Below, one piece after another: positions 28,996 to 42,440 of a stretch of DNA of 64,000 nucleotides; the first letter of the stretch is position 1; each line of letters starts with the position of its first letter. The notes beneath the pieces are model-generated. The model was not told where the DNA came from, made no database searches, and saw only the letters and a list, made by a program, of their open reading frames with translations. The translations under genes and the position numbers were made by a program. The stretch is taken from NCBI RefSeq assembly GCF_009914755.1, contig NC_060927.1; one strand, given 5' to 3'. This stretch comes from the human T2T-CHM13v2.0 reference genome, Homo sapiens.

Positions 28996-31293
28996 TTTCT
29001 TTGTCTGAAATAAATTTATTTGGAAAATATTTAACACATTTGTGTTTTGTTTAGTTGGGGTTTTGTTACTACTGCTATTTCTATAAAAGGTTGAAATACA
29101 GAAGGGAAAAGAAAATCTCACCAGCTATCTGGCCTTGTACAGATAAAGCCAAATGATTGAATGCTTGACTGAATTGACTGGTTGTTTGGACATATTTTTT
29201 GTAATAGCTTAAGGAACAACTAAGCTATCTGACTTCCACCCCCTTTCCCCGTGCTAGGGCTAGAACTGTCAAAAAGGCACATAATACACATTTGGGTTTT
29301 AAAGAATTTAGTTAATTGAATTCAATGAACCAAAAGTACAGTGAAAATCATCAACATTTATATGTAAAACAAATTCTGTTTTTGTCTGGCTTAAAGGGGA
29401 TGTAGCTGGGGGCTAAAGGATTAGAAATGAGTAAGAGAATAATCTGACATTGCTTTGCTTTTCATGCAAGCTTTGTAAGCTCTCAAATGGCAATGTTGGA
29501 GAATTCATTACATTGTGGTAAAGTATGACAAGTTGAAGAGTTTAAATTGAGTAACAAAAGCAAACACCAACATATTATACATGAAAACTGCTGTTGAAAC
29601 AACAGATCAAAAACTGTACTCTAACACTGTAGCACTTTTTATATTTTTCTTTATTCAGAGATTTTGTAAGGCTGTTTATGGGTTAGCATGGAAGGAATAA
29701 GGCTTTCTACCAAAAGCAGACACACAGTTTTTGTACAGAAATATGTCTACCAGGGATTATATACTGAGGAAATGGTGAATTGATGGAAAGAATACGATAA
29801 ACAAGGGGGGAAATGTAGTAAAGAATCAGTGGTTACCTGATGCAGTTCTTTAAGAAAAGGATGATTGGGTAGTGGGAACACTTACAAAGCTAAACAGTGA
29901 CTGTGAGATAATAACTGGACACAAGAACAGCTCTTTAATATCTAGTGAGTGTGTGTATATGTGTGTGTGTATATATGCACACATATATCTTTCACACACT
30001 GTGCACATACACACACACTTTGTATGAGGAAGGTCTATGATCAGAAATACTAACATCACTATTCAAGCCTTGATGACAGATTTTCCACTCCTGTGATAAT
30101 TCCTTTGTAGCTGATTGACTTTGGAACCAGAGAGTCCCTTCTAACAATGCAGCTATTCCTAGGATTATAGGTTCTCATCAATACCTCTTTTTAAATGTGT
30201 CACATTTGTCAGGTCACTTTTCTCTCTGAAGGAGGCAGTATCAGAGTGCTGGACAGAGGATAAGAGGGGAAGAGAATAAGGATGATTAACAGGAAGAGAA
30301 AAAAATTGGAGGGAGGTCATAAAGATTTTCCTTGATTTCTCAATTGTGCCTTGGCATGGAACTAAGACAAATTCTGCCAGATCACCCATTAAAAGTCAGT
30401 GTACTTAATACCCTCAAAATTAATGCTATATACAACTTCAACTGTATGTTTTTTTAAAAAAGAAATGCACCAAACGCATTACATTTTAATGATGGATAGA
30501 ATTAAATGCTGTCATATGCTTGGCCTTTGCAAATTGCTCCATTAATTATTATAGGTGCTTCCAGTGTGACATGTGAGTATTAAAAAAAACTGTATTGAAT
30601 TTATCTGTAAATAGATTTGAAATGATTGGTGTACATTCTGTTGAAACTTCCCAGGGAGTACATATTATTCACATTTTTTGTAGACGTGAAAGCAGGAAAC
30701 ACTTAAATTGTCCAGAAATCAGCCTTTGCATTAAAACATCTGCATTATTTTATTCCTCATAACTGTAGGAAATATCTCATTTAAGCAATCTTATAAGTCA
30801 ACTAAATGCAAATAAATTCTCCAGTGGAGAATGACAAGTTCATCAACTTGATTCCCTCCCACTCCCAACATTTTCTGTCTTATTGTCAACTGCTTCACAT
30901 GGTCTGTTCAGTGGATGTGTTTGTGCACCATCTTCACAATGACCCTAGTCTACATTCCTGGTTATATATCATTACTCTAAATATCCCCCCCAAACTGTGG
31001 CAAAGCTTTGCAGCACAATGAATTACAATGCAATTTGGTATCATGGAGGTGAATTTTTTAAATTTTGTTCTTTGCTGTTTTGCCAGAGCTGATTGATGCC
31101 AGAAAGGAAGATTGCTTAGAAACTAGGATTCTATGATAGCCTGTATTGACAGATGCAACTTTTAAAACCAGTCAGATTGCAAGCCATTTTTACATCATAT
31201 TGAATCATATACTTAATTATGTCTGTACTTCTTTCACACCTTAACTTTGGTGAATCTCAAAGTATTTCATGAAAACTTGGGGAAGACATCCTC

Positions 31294-31795
31294 CGTATTA
31301 GTCAGGGTTCTCTAGAGGGACAGAACTAATAGGATAGATGTGTGTATAAATGAGAGTTTATTAAGGAGCACTAACTCACATGATCACAAGATAAGGTCCC
31401 GCAATAGGCTGTCTGCAAGCTGCGGAGCAAGGAAGCCAGTCCAAATCCCAAAACCTCAAAAGTAGGGAAGCCGACAGTGCAGCCTTCAGTCTATGGTTGA
31501 AGGTCCAAGAGTAGAACTTGCAGTACAATGTTTGAAGGCAGGAAGCATGCAGCATGGAAGAAAGATGTAGGGTGGGAGATTAAGCCCGTTCAGTCTTGCT
31601 ACACTCTGCCTGCTTTTATTCCGGCTGCACTGGCAGCTGATTAGATGGTGCCCACCCAGATTGAGGGTGGGTCTGCCGTTCCCAGTCCACTGACTCAAAT
31701 GTTAATCTCCTTTGGCAACACCCTCACAGACATACCCAGGAACAATACTTTGCATCATTCAGTCCAGTCAAGTTGACACCCAATATTAACCATTA
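31294..31795 (-). mobile_element. MLT2A (MLT2A2-like) ERVL solo LTR
   Basis: 'tattagtcagggttctctagagggacagaactaatagga' and 'aatgttaatctcctttggcaacaccctcacagaca...caagttgacac..aatattaacca'. Confidence 0.88.
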
Positions 31796-32179
31796 AACTC
31801 TCCTTCCTCTATTAAACCACATAAATTATATAGACTATCTCACATCTTTAGTGCCATTGCCTGCCTGCCTGACCATGTTTTTTATATGTGTGTACACATA
31901 TACAGGTATGTGTATACAGAAACAGGTATATGTATACATTCTTGTGTGTATTGGTATTATAGCCAAATCTAATATGTGTAGCTTCCCTGTGTTTGATGAA
32001 TCCCCTCCTTAATGTCTCTCCCTCTGCTCACTGATCACACACATATTTATTTCTGCACTTAAAAGATAGATACTTACATTTTTCTGTCCTTCTGTCTTTG
32101 TTCCTGCTATTCCTTCCTCACTCATCTCCACTTGTTGAAACTTTGTCTGCCCCTCAAGACCCAGGGGGCATATTTTGTT

Positions 32180-32400
32180 CTGATTGTTTGGGTCTCAATT
32201 CAAAATCTACCAACAGATAGGCTGTGTGATTTGATGCAAGTGATCTAACCATTCTAAACCACAGTGTCCTTTACAGGGCAGTGGGGATGGTAATAAAATA
32301 TACCTCATAGGGCAGATGTAAGGCTATATTGAAATAATCTTTTTAAAACATTATACACAACTCTTGCCACAAAGGAAGGGCTTAAACAATGCACGCTAAA
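32180..32400 (+). mobile_element. MIR
   Basis: 'gctgtgtgatttgatgcaagtgatctaacc ... tacctcatagggc'. Confidence 0.65.
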
Positions 32401-32468
32401 CTCTATCATCTCTATGGAGCCCCTTTTATCTCTATGTATTAATCTCTTCTCAAGTGATCTCATAGTGA

Positions 32469-32816
<348 letters not shown>

Positions 32817-33090
32817 TAGTCTAGTGACTTGTGTGCATGTCCATCTTCTGCATTACTGAGCATGTATAGATCTACAATAACAAAACTGTGCGAGATGCTG
32901 AGGATATAGCAGTAAAAATACAGGTAAGGAATCCCTGATTACCTTTCAGGTGGAGAAGACACATAAACAAGCCAACATCAGTGGCATATTTTCAGATAGT
33001 GATAGGAGCTATAAAGGAGATAAAAGTGGTGATGCGATAGTCTCCATTCTGCTTTGTATGTTAGGAGCTACATTACAAAGAGTAGACTGA

Positions 33091-33360
33091 GACCACACTA
33101 TTGCTTTAGTTTCTCTTTCAAAGGCTCCCTGACTCCCTATATGTGAGGTCACAGGCACCCTATATAAAGCTGCCAGAGCTATGCTTCATAGCTTCTCTGG
33201 CAGCTGCTTCCTCCCTTTCATTCAAATTTATTTGCTCTCATCAGATTTAAACGCATTTTCTCCTTGTATCTGATCACCCCACTGTGTCTTCCATTTTACT
33301 CAGATTAAGGCCACAGTCTGACTGGTGTTGATTTCAGGTTCATGCCAAGACACTGTAAGT
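33091..33360 (+). promoter_or_regulatory. Candidate TATA promoter / first exon
   Basis: RUNX-type GACCACA 33091-33097, ISRE-type AGTTTCTCTTTC 33108-33119, TATATAAA 33161-33168, donor GTAAGT 33355-33360; motif evidence only. Confidence 0.3.
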
Positions 33361-35649
33361 AACTCTCATTCCTCCTTATGATTCCATTTACTACTGCCTA
33401 AGAGCACAAGCGCAGAGCCAGGGCATCTGTCCCCATGTCCTGCCCCCCAGTGTGTGTTCTTCCTTAAATAACCAGGTAGGGAAGGGCAGATAAGGAAGCC
33501 CCTACAGGCAAGTCCTAATGGTCTTCCAAAGGGAAAGGAACTTGGTCATAGATGCTCTCAATAATAGTACCAACTCCCATCGCCGAGTTTTATTTTAGAG
33601 TCTCAGAATGGGTCTAGTGACACTTGCTCTCATAATAAAGTAGAAGAAACATTTCTTTTGGATAAATTGCCCATAGGCTTCATTATCAGAAGCTCCATAC
33701 ATCTAGGTTTCTAACACTTTTACCATCTTTCACCATGAGCTCCTTTCAGAAACTCTCTTGAGTCTCAGAGCCAAGAATGAATGCTGAGGGAAAAGGGAGA
33801 TGATATCTATCTTGCCATGCTTTACCCTGTATCTCTCTGCCTGTCTATCCATCACTCAATTCAGATGTATACTTTATCCTTCCTTTTTTCTGCAAAATAC
33901 CTCTATCTAAACCTGAGAGCACAAGACTATAGAAGAACTGGATTTCCTAAGTGAGTCCATGGATTAGACTCACCATGCCCTATAGGGTCTGTCTATAGAG
34001 GAGTCACAGAAACTAGGACATTTGGGCTCTCTGACCAAGAATCACTGAAAATGGGCGCAGGCTTTTTGTGGCTAACCCTGAGCATACTAGATTAATATAT
34101 CTGTTTGAAGTGTATGTTAGGGTTGCATCTAGAGATAAACGCAGTGACTCTAACTGATGTCAAGAAAAGCAACTAACCCCTTGTCTTGTATTCTGCAAAC
34201 ATCTAGTATTATTCTGCTTGTTCCCAAGACACAGGCTTCATGAATTAATGCCTCCTTTCCCAGTTAAATATTCAAAACTCATTTGCCTAAACTAAGTGGC
34301 AAAGAAAAAAAATTTAAAGATGGGTGTGGAGGAGCATTGCTTGATTGTACCAAAAGCATTTGATTAAATTGATTGGAGAGCTACAGCCAAATTAACGAAG
34401 ACTGGCACACTTTACCTATCTCTTTCTCTTATTTTTCAGACATGAAAATTGCTCAGGCTTCAAGTCTAGTCTGTGTGAAAGCATTAAGTGTTTCAGAAAT
34501 CAACATGTCTTATCAATCTATTGTGCTCTGGGGAAAAAAAAAGCCAGTTAGTGACATTATTTCCTTATGTTCTAGAAACCTGATAATACCTTATTGTACA
34601 TCAGGAGTATAAGCAAATTTCATTGTAAAGAGGTTCTTCTGACAAGATCTGTGAAGAACATGATGTTATTAACTTAGACGTCTGCACTTACAATATAGCT
34701 TTTCCAAGACAATTTTTGCTGGGCTACAGGTGGTTATTTAAGACAATCAATTTACATAGAACAATTTATTCTTTTTTCATGCTGTTAAAGCAAATTGGTA
34801 TGTAATTAGATTTATATACTGAATAATCTCATTTGCATATCCAATTAATTCTTCCTGTTTTAATTTGCTAGGGTTGAATTCACATTAGTAGTAAAAATAA
34901 CACTTAAATTATAAAGGCCTCAAAATTTTCTTTGCTGTAATTTGTTCAAGATGTTGCATTTAAAAATTGGTCCCCAGCATTCTTTACAAAATCTACTGGG
35001 AATATGTGAAAGATTTTACTTAAAAGTGCCCTTAGCCAAATATCACACTTGAGGTTCACTCTTCGTTCATGATGAAGAGGTTAATGGATGGTAGAAAGCT
35101 AGTCCTTGCCTCAATACCCAATAATATTCAAAACAAGGAAAACTCAGGTTCTGTTTTCACCCTCTGACCTTTCATGCTTTGAGTATGTTTAAACACTGAG
35201 ACATACATGCACAGAAATGAAATCTGTTCCCAAATAATTTATATTTATTCTTCAACTGTATCACTTCAACTATTGTTGTTTAACACAGTGGGAATATATA
35301 TACTGTAGACAAATATTATTCTTTTTGGATTCAGATACACCAGAGCTTAGTATTTGTTTGTTTCTTTTGCCACTTCTGATATTGGGAAACCGATTTTGTC
35401 TATCTAAGAGTCAGTGTCCTCATCCTTAAAACCAAAAGAGAAAAATATGTGCCTTTCTAGAATGACTAATTTCACATGGCATAACATATAAAAGTATCTA
35501 CTAGTGTGGATCCAACAATAGAAGATGTTCAGTCAGACATGGTATCTGGTCTGTAATAAACATATATAAACACTATCAATCAAAATGAATATTCAATTTC
35601 TAGGACTTCATAATATTTTTATTAAGTTCAGTGAATGTTTGTTAGTGGC

Positions 35650-35870
35650 CATTTTCATTACCAGACTTTAGATTCAAATATTGGCTAAGCATTTTGTGCA
35701 AATTATTTAGTCTCTCTATGCCTTAGTTTCTTCGTGTGTAATTCAGGAATAATAAAAAGTATTTTTACCTCGTATAATCGTGGTCAGAATTGAAGGGGTT
35801 AATACATACCCTCAGACTATTCCCTGGTGCATAGTAAGCACTCAATGAATGTTAACCATGGCTATCATTG
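35650..35870 (+). mobile_element. MIR
   Basis: 'tctctatgccttagtttcttcgtgtgtaa ... tggtgcatagtaagcactcaatgaatgtta'. Confidence 0.75.
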
Positions 35871-35929
35871 TTACCATGTTGAAAGAATAGGCACCCATAT
35901 CAGAGTTTCTTTATTGTTATCTATTAGTA

Positions 35930-36311
35930 AGTGTAAGAGTGTTTTAGGACTACCTTAACAAAGTACCACTGACTGTGTAGCTTAAACAACAGGAATTAAT
36001 TTTTTCATAGTTCTAAAAGCTAGAAGTCCAAGGTCAAGGCTTCAGAAGTTTAGATTGTTCCTGAGGACTCTCTCCCTGGTTTTCAGATGATCACCTTCTC
36101 CCTGTATCCTCACATGGCCTTTCCTCTGACTGTATCCAAATTTCCTCTTCTTATAAGGACAGCAGTCAGATTGGGTTAAAGACCACCCTAAGGTTTCATT
36201 TAACTTAATTACCTCTTAAAAGGCCCTGTGTCCCAATACAGTCACATTCTAAGGTACCAGGGGTTAGGGCTTCAGCATGAAATTTGGGGAAACATAATTT
36301 AGCTCATAATG
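35930..36311 (-). mobile_element. MLT1B MaLR solo LTR
   Basis: 'taacaaagtaccac...gcttaaacaacag', 'agaagtccaaggtcaagg', 'tcctcttcttataaggaca', 'caatacagtcacattctaaggtac'. Confidence 0.85.
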
Positions 36312-36331
36312 CCAAGGTTGAATTTCCCTTA

Positions 36332-36770
<439 letters not shown>

Positions 36771-38574
36771 CTACAGCCATGCTTTCAAAGCTATACTTTT
36801 ATTTTCTCCCCTCAGATTTTTATAGCCTGTGCATCAGATTCATGTAATAGAAATGTCATAACATTTATATTAGGTCTCTATTCCAGAGACCTAGGCTTAC
36901 ACCTCATATTTGTTGTTTGTTGTATAAATATACACATACAAATTACCTAAACTCAGGCAAGTGATTTTACCTCCATGAGACCTCCTTTTACTTATCTGTA
37001 AAAGGGGACATATTTCCTCACAAACAGATGCAAACTAAGACAGGATAGGGAAAAGAATTTTGTAAATTCTAAATTGCTGTAGAGATACCAGCTGTCTCTG
37101 CTTACTGAAAAGGCAATCTTAATTCCATTTTCTATTTTATGGTCATTGTTAGTTTACAGTTACTAATATTAAATGGCTTTAGTGGTCACTTTAGGAGAGA
37201 CATTTACTTTGTTGTTAAACCAATATGTTTACAATTAGATATAAGTTTCTTTCTGGATTTGAAGATAACTGTAATTTGCAGTTGACGCTTATGCAAATTG
37301 CTATGTTCTGCTGCATACCCATTTTAAAATACAAATCCTTCCCAGTCATCACTGAGTGTATATAACAACTGCAAAGAAAACGCTCTGAAGATTTTTTTTT
37401 CCTGTCAAAATGCCACTTTGCCTTCAGAACCACCATCTAAACATTATCTTAATGACACTTACTTTATTTGGAATGCCAGTATCCTTTGTGTAATTTTCAA
37501 ATAGCCTGCAGATATTTGAAAAACTTTACCAGCTTCTTCATCATTTCAGTCTGGGAAATGAGCATCCTATTACTGGCATGCCTTGTGTTATTGTGCTTTG
37601 CTTTATTGCACTTCACAGATTTTGAGTTTTTTTTGCAAACTGAAGGTTTGTGCCAACACTGCATCGAGCAAGTCTACTGCCACCATTTTCCCAACAGCAT
37701 GTGCTTACTTTGTATCTCAGTGTCACATTTTTGTAATTGTCACAATAGTTCAAAGTTTATTCTTACTATTATATCTGTTATAGTGATCTGTGATCATTGA
37801 TGTGACCATTGTAACTGTTTTGGGATACCATGAACCGCACCCATATAAGACGAAGAACTTAATCGATCAATGTTGTACTCTGGCTGCCCCACTGGCTGGC
37901 CTCTCCCCCATCTCTCTCCCTTCTCCTGGGGCCTCCCTTTTCCCTAAGAAACAACAATATTGAAATTAGGCCAATTACTAACCCCACCGTGGCCCCTAAG
38001 TGTTCAAATGAGAGGAAGAAGCGTACATCTTTCACTTTGAATAAAAAACTAGAAGGAATTGACCTTAATGAGGAAGGCATGGTGAAAGCCAAGACAGGCT
38101 GAAAGCTATGCCTCTTGCGCCAAATGGTTGGCTAAGTTATGAATGCAAAGGAAAAATTCTTGAAGGAAATTAAAAGTGCAACTTCAGGCAACGCATGAAT
38201 AAGAAATTAATACAGTCTTATTGCTGATATGGCAAAGTTTGAGTAGTCTGGATAGAAGATCACACCAGCCGCAACATTCAACATTCTCTTAAGCGAAAGC
38301 CTAATCCAAAGCAAGGCCCTAATTCTCTTCAATTCTGTGAAGGCTGAAAGAGGCCTGGAAGCTGCAGAAAAGAAGGTGGAAGCTAGCAGAGGTTGCTTCA
38401 TGAGATTTAAGGAAAGAGTTGCCACCTCCTTAACATAAAAGTGCAAGGTGTAGAAACAAATGCTGATATAGAAACTGCAGCAAGTTTTCCAGATCTAGCT
38501 AAGATAATTAATAAAGGTGGCTACCCTAAAAAACAGATTTTAAATGTAGATAAACAGCCTTATGTTGGAAGAAG

Positions 38575-38790
38575 ATGCCATCCAGGACTTTGATAAGTAG
38601 AGAGGACAAGTCAATGCCTGGCTTCAAAACTTCAAAGGACGGGCTTACTTTCTTGTTAGGGGTTAATACAGCTGGTGACTTTAAGTTGAAGACAGTGTTC
38701 ATTGACCATCCTGAAAGTCTTAGGACCCTTATGAATCATGCCAGATCTACTCTGCCTGTGTTCTTTTATGGAACAACAAAGCCTGGATAA
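38575..38790 (+). pseudogene. Fragment of decayed Tigger1 pogo-like DDE transposase
   Basis: [39 protein letters not shown] resembles Tigger1/TIGD1 transposase; neighbouring frames are interrupted. Confidence 0.85.
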
Positions 38791-39148
38791 CAGTACATCT
38801 GTTTACAACATGGTTTGCTGAATATTTTCTGCCCACTGTTGAGACCTACTGCTCAGAAAAAAAGATTCCTTTCAAAATATTACTTGTGTTTGACAATGCA
38901 CCTTGTCACCTAAGAGCTCTGATGGAGATATATTAGGAGATGTATATTGTTACCCTTCCAGCTAACACAACATCGAATCTGCAGCCAATGGATCAGGAGT
39001 CATTTTGACTTTCAAGTCTTATTTAAGAAATGCATTTTATAAGGTTATAGCTGCCATACATAGTGACTTCTCTGATGGATCTCGGCAAAGTAAATTGAAA
39101 CTCTTCTAGAAAGGATTCACCATCCCAGATGCCATTAAGAAAATTTGT

Positions 39149-39420
39149 GGCTGGGCACGGTGGCTCATACCTGTAATACTAGCACTTTGAGAGGCTGAGG
39201 CAGGCGGATCACTTGAGGCAAGGAATTTGAGACCAGCCTGACCAACATGGTGAAACCCTGTCTACTAAAAATACAAATATATCTATCTATAGATAGATAT
39301 TTTACATATAAATATATATATTTATAAATATATATAATATAAATTCATATTATATGTATAAAATATGTATTTTTATAAATATATATATATATATAAAAGG
39401 GAAGGGAAAAGGAAGGAAGG
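39149..39420 (+). mobile_element. Alu left monomer plus AT-rich and GGAA-rich tract inside Tigger1
   Basis: Left arm 39149-39277, then TA-rich sequence in place of the right arm; TSD-like gaaaatttgt/gaaatttat. Confidence 0.85.
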
Positions 39421-40870
39421 AAATTTATAATTCATGAAAAGAGGTCAAAATATCAACCTTACCAGGATTTTGGAAATTGATTCCAACCCTCACGGATGAC
39501 TTTGAGGGGCTTAAAGCTTTCAATGGAGGAAGCAACTGCAGATGTGGTGGAAATAGCAAGAGAACAAGAGTTAGAAGTGGAGCCCAGAGAGAGAAGTGAT
39601 TGAATCGCTGCCATCATGATAAAACTTGAATGGATGAGGAGTTGCTTCTTATAGATAAGCAAATAACATGGTTTCTTGAGATGGAATCTATTCTTGGTAA
39701 AGATTGTGCAAATTGTTGAAATGACAACAAAAGAGAATATTATGTAAACTTAGTGGATAAAGCAGTGGTGGAGTTTGAGAGGATTGGCTTCAGTTTGAAA
39801 AGAATTCCTACTGCGGATAAAATCCCAGCATTACCTGCTGAGGAAGTCTGTCATGAACGGAAGACTCAATCAATGCAGCAAACTTCAATGTTGTCTTATT
39901 TTAAGAAATGGCCACAGCCACCCCAGCCTTCAGCAACATCCACCCTGATCAGTCAGCAGCCATCTTAATCGAGGGAAGACTCTCCCCCTTCAAAAAGATA
40001 ACAACTTGCTGAAGGCTCAGATAATCATTAGCATTTTTAACAATAAATTATTTTAAGTTATGTACATTGTGTTTTTTAGACATAATGCTATTGTACACTT
40101 ATTAAACTGCAGTATAGTGTAAACATGACTCTTGTATGCAATGGAAAACCAAAAAACTTGCGTGGCTCATTTTATTGCAGTATTTGTTTTATTGCACTGG
40201 TCTGGAACTGAGCTTAAGATATATCTGTATAGATAAGACTATGAATGTATGAAATTTCATAGGCTGGAGGTATCTTAAAGAACATCTAATTCATTTACAA
40301 TCCTGTTATAAAGGTTATAGACTCTTTACTATGGAACGCAAGGATATTAACATCTTTTACTAGCAGACATTGAGTGAACAAGTTTATATGTCAAAAAGAC
40401 TGTTACGGTCTTTTCCTTTCTGATGCCTTCTAAGACATGGTGGACCTACCAGGGTAAAGATTCAAGAGTGGCCATTGCAGTCTATTTAACAGCTCCATTC
40501 TTTCACCACCTCCTTTGATCTCATCTTTTTGAGCCTCTTTCCTTGCAGTGAAGGGACAAGCAGGGTAGAAAAAAATATTCCCTTAGGATCCTCTTGCTTC
40601 CTTTGTGCTCCCGATGATCCCTTTGTATTTTCAATCTGTGGGTCTCTTTAATGCCTTTATTCTCTCCTTCTCCCAAAAATAGTGTCAGTTCACCAAGGAC
40701 ACCACATAGGTAGTCAGTCATTTGGTTCGATCAGATTCTCATGGAACCTACAAGACAAGCACCCTTTTCACTTTTCTAGGAATGGCCTCCTCTTAGCATA
40801 TAATCTGGGTGTTACACTGAAAAAAGTCTAGCTCTTCCTTTGATTGAGTAGCATTATCAAAATTACCAAG

Positions 40871-41530
40871 GGCCACGCACGGTGGCTCATACCTGTACTC
40901 CCAGCACTTTGGGAGACTGAGCCAGGAAGATCGCTTGAGCCCAGGAGTTTGAAACCAGCCTAGGCAACGTAGGGAGACCTCCATCTCTACAATTTTTTTT
41001 CTTTTTTTTCTTTTTTTTTTTTGAGACGGAGTCTCACTCTGTTGCCCAGGCTAGAGGGCAGTGGTGCTATCTTGGCTCACTGCAACCTCCACCTCCCTGG
41101 TTCAAGCAATTTTCCCTACTTCTTACTCTCGAGTAGCTGGGATTACAGGCACCTGCCACCACTCCTGGCTAACTTTTGCATTTTTTTTAGTAAAGATGGG
41201 GTTTCACCATGTTGGCCAGGCTGATCTCAAACTCCTGACCTCAGGTGATCCACCCGCCTTGGCCTTCCAAAGTGCTGGGATTATAGGTGTGACCCACCGC
41301 ACCTGGCCAAAAAAAAGGTGTTGTTTTTTTTTTTTTAAATAGCCAGGTATGGCGGTTCATGCATCCAGTTCTAGCAACTTGGTAGGAGGATTGCTTGAGC
41401 TCCTACCAACATTTTTCGATTGCTGAGGCAGGAGGATTGCTTGAGCTCACAAGGTCAAGGTTGTAGTGAACTATGATTACACCACTGCACTGCAGCCTGG
41501 GCAACAGAGCAAGACCCTGTCTCTGAAACA
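40871..41530 (+). mobile_element. AluJ split by an antisense AluS
   Basis: Left arm 40871-40992, right arm about 41337-41530. Confidence 0.88.
40993..41308 (-). mobile_element. AluSx-like nested in the AluJ linker
   Basis: Full Alu, 'ctcctgacctcaggtgatccacccgcc'. Confidence 0.92.
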
Positions 41531-42039
41531 GACAAACACAATAACACACCAAGAAATTTGGGAACAGAAGGGAAATAAAAACCTCATCCCAATTACACAT
41601 TCACTTACAAAACAGATACTTAGAAAGTGCCTAAATAAGTACTAGTAATTTATGTAGTACCAGTGGAAAGTGGTCTAATAGTCTTATTATTTCAACTACT
41701 ATCCTTATGGATCTGCTAATCTAAACAGACACCTCTCTCCCAAAATACAGTAAGTGTTCAGCAGATAATGAAAGGGGACTGCTGTGCAGCTGCTGTGGGG
41801 CATGGCATTGAAACTGAATCCAAAGCCCACTGGGTCTGTGAGGTAGATGGAATGTGACAGGGAGAGAAGAGAGAAAAGACTTCCTAGAGAAGGTGCCAAT
41901 GTTTCTAGGCACACAGGAATAACAAAGAAAACTCAGCAGGGGCCCAGAGCACAGGGACTTGTCCAATGAGATGAGAGAAGCAAGGAAGTAGTAGTACAGG
42001 TCTCAGTGGAATCCTTGCCTTAGTATGGTATGTGATTTT

Positions 42040-42440
42040 TTATAGTGCAGAGTGGATCTCGTGTGTGAATGTATTCTCCATCGTAGACGTGTGGTCGCTT
42101 ATCAGTGTGGTCACTTATCAATCACATTTAAGCTGTTGTTTAAAATACTTATGGATCTTTTCTTTTGGAATTTTCTTTACGGCTCCTATTTTATTCCTCT
42201 GAATATTTCAAGTGCTTGTAAATCCTTGTCCTTTGAAGTTAGATTTCATTTTTGGCAACAGCTAAGCTTTCCATATTTAGAAACTTGTTCAGAGCCATTT
42301 CATGGTAAATGTTGGTGTTCATGCTGGGTAATACTGTTTTTTGGCCAAAAATGAATTGTGACTATAAATTAATGAAGCTAATTTTTTTGTGTGGCTTATA
42401 AATCAGTTCTCTATCATTTTTAAAGGGGGAATTTTAAAAC
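42040..42440. mobile_element. Ancient mariner-like DNA transposon fragment (MARNA-like)
   Basis: 'tcctttgaagttagatttcatttttggcaacagc' and 'gctgggtaatactgtttttggccaaaaatgaattgtgactataaa'. Confidence 0.55.

Larger units (their letters stand above)
37573..40227 (+). mobile_element. Tigger1 (TcMar-Tigger), near full length, disrupted transposase
   Basis: 5' 'ctggcatgccttgtgttattgtgctttgctttattgcacttcacagat', 3' 'tttattgcactggtctggaac...atatctg'; TA on both flanks; transposase-like peptide at 38575-38790. Confidence 0.93.

Noticed and set aside
37573-40227. Domesticated TIGD-like transposase gene
   Set aside because: Only short ORF fragments; an Alu is inserted in the coding region
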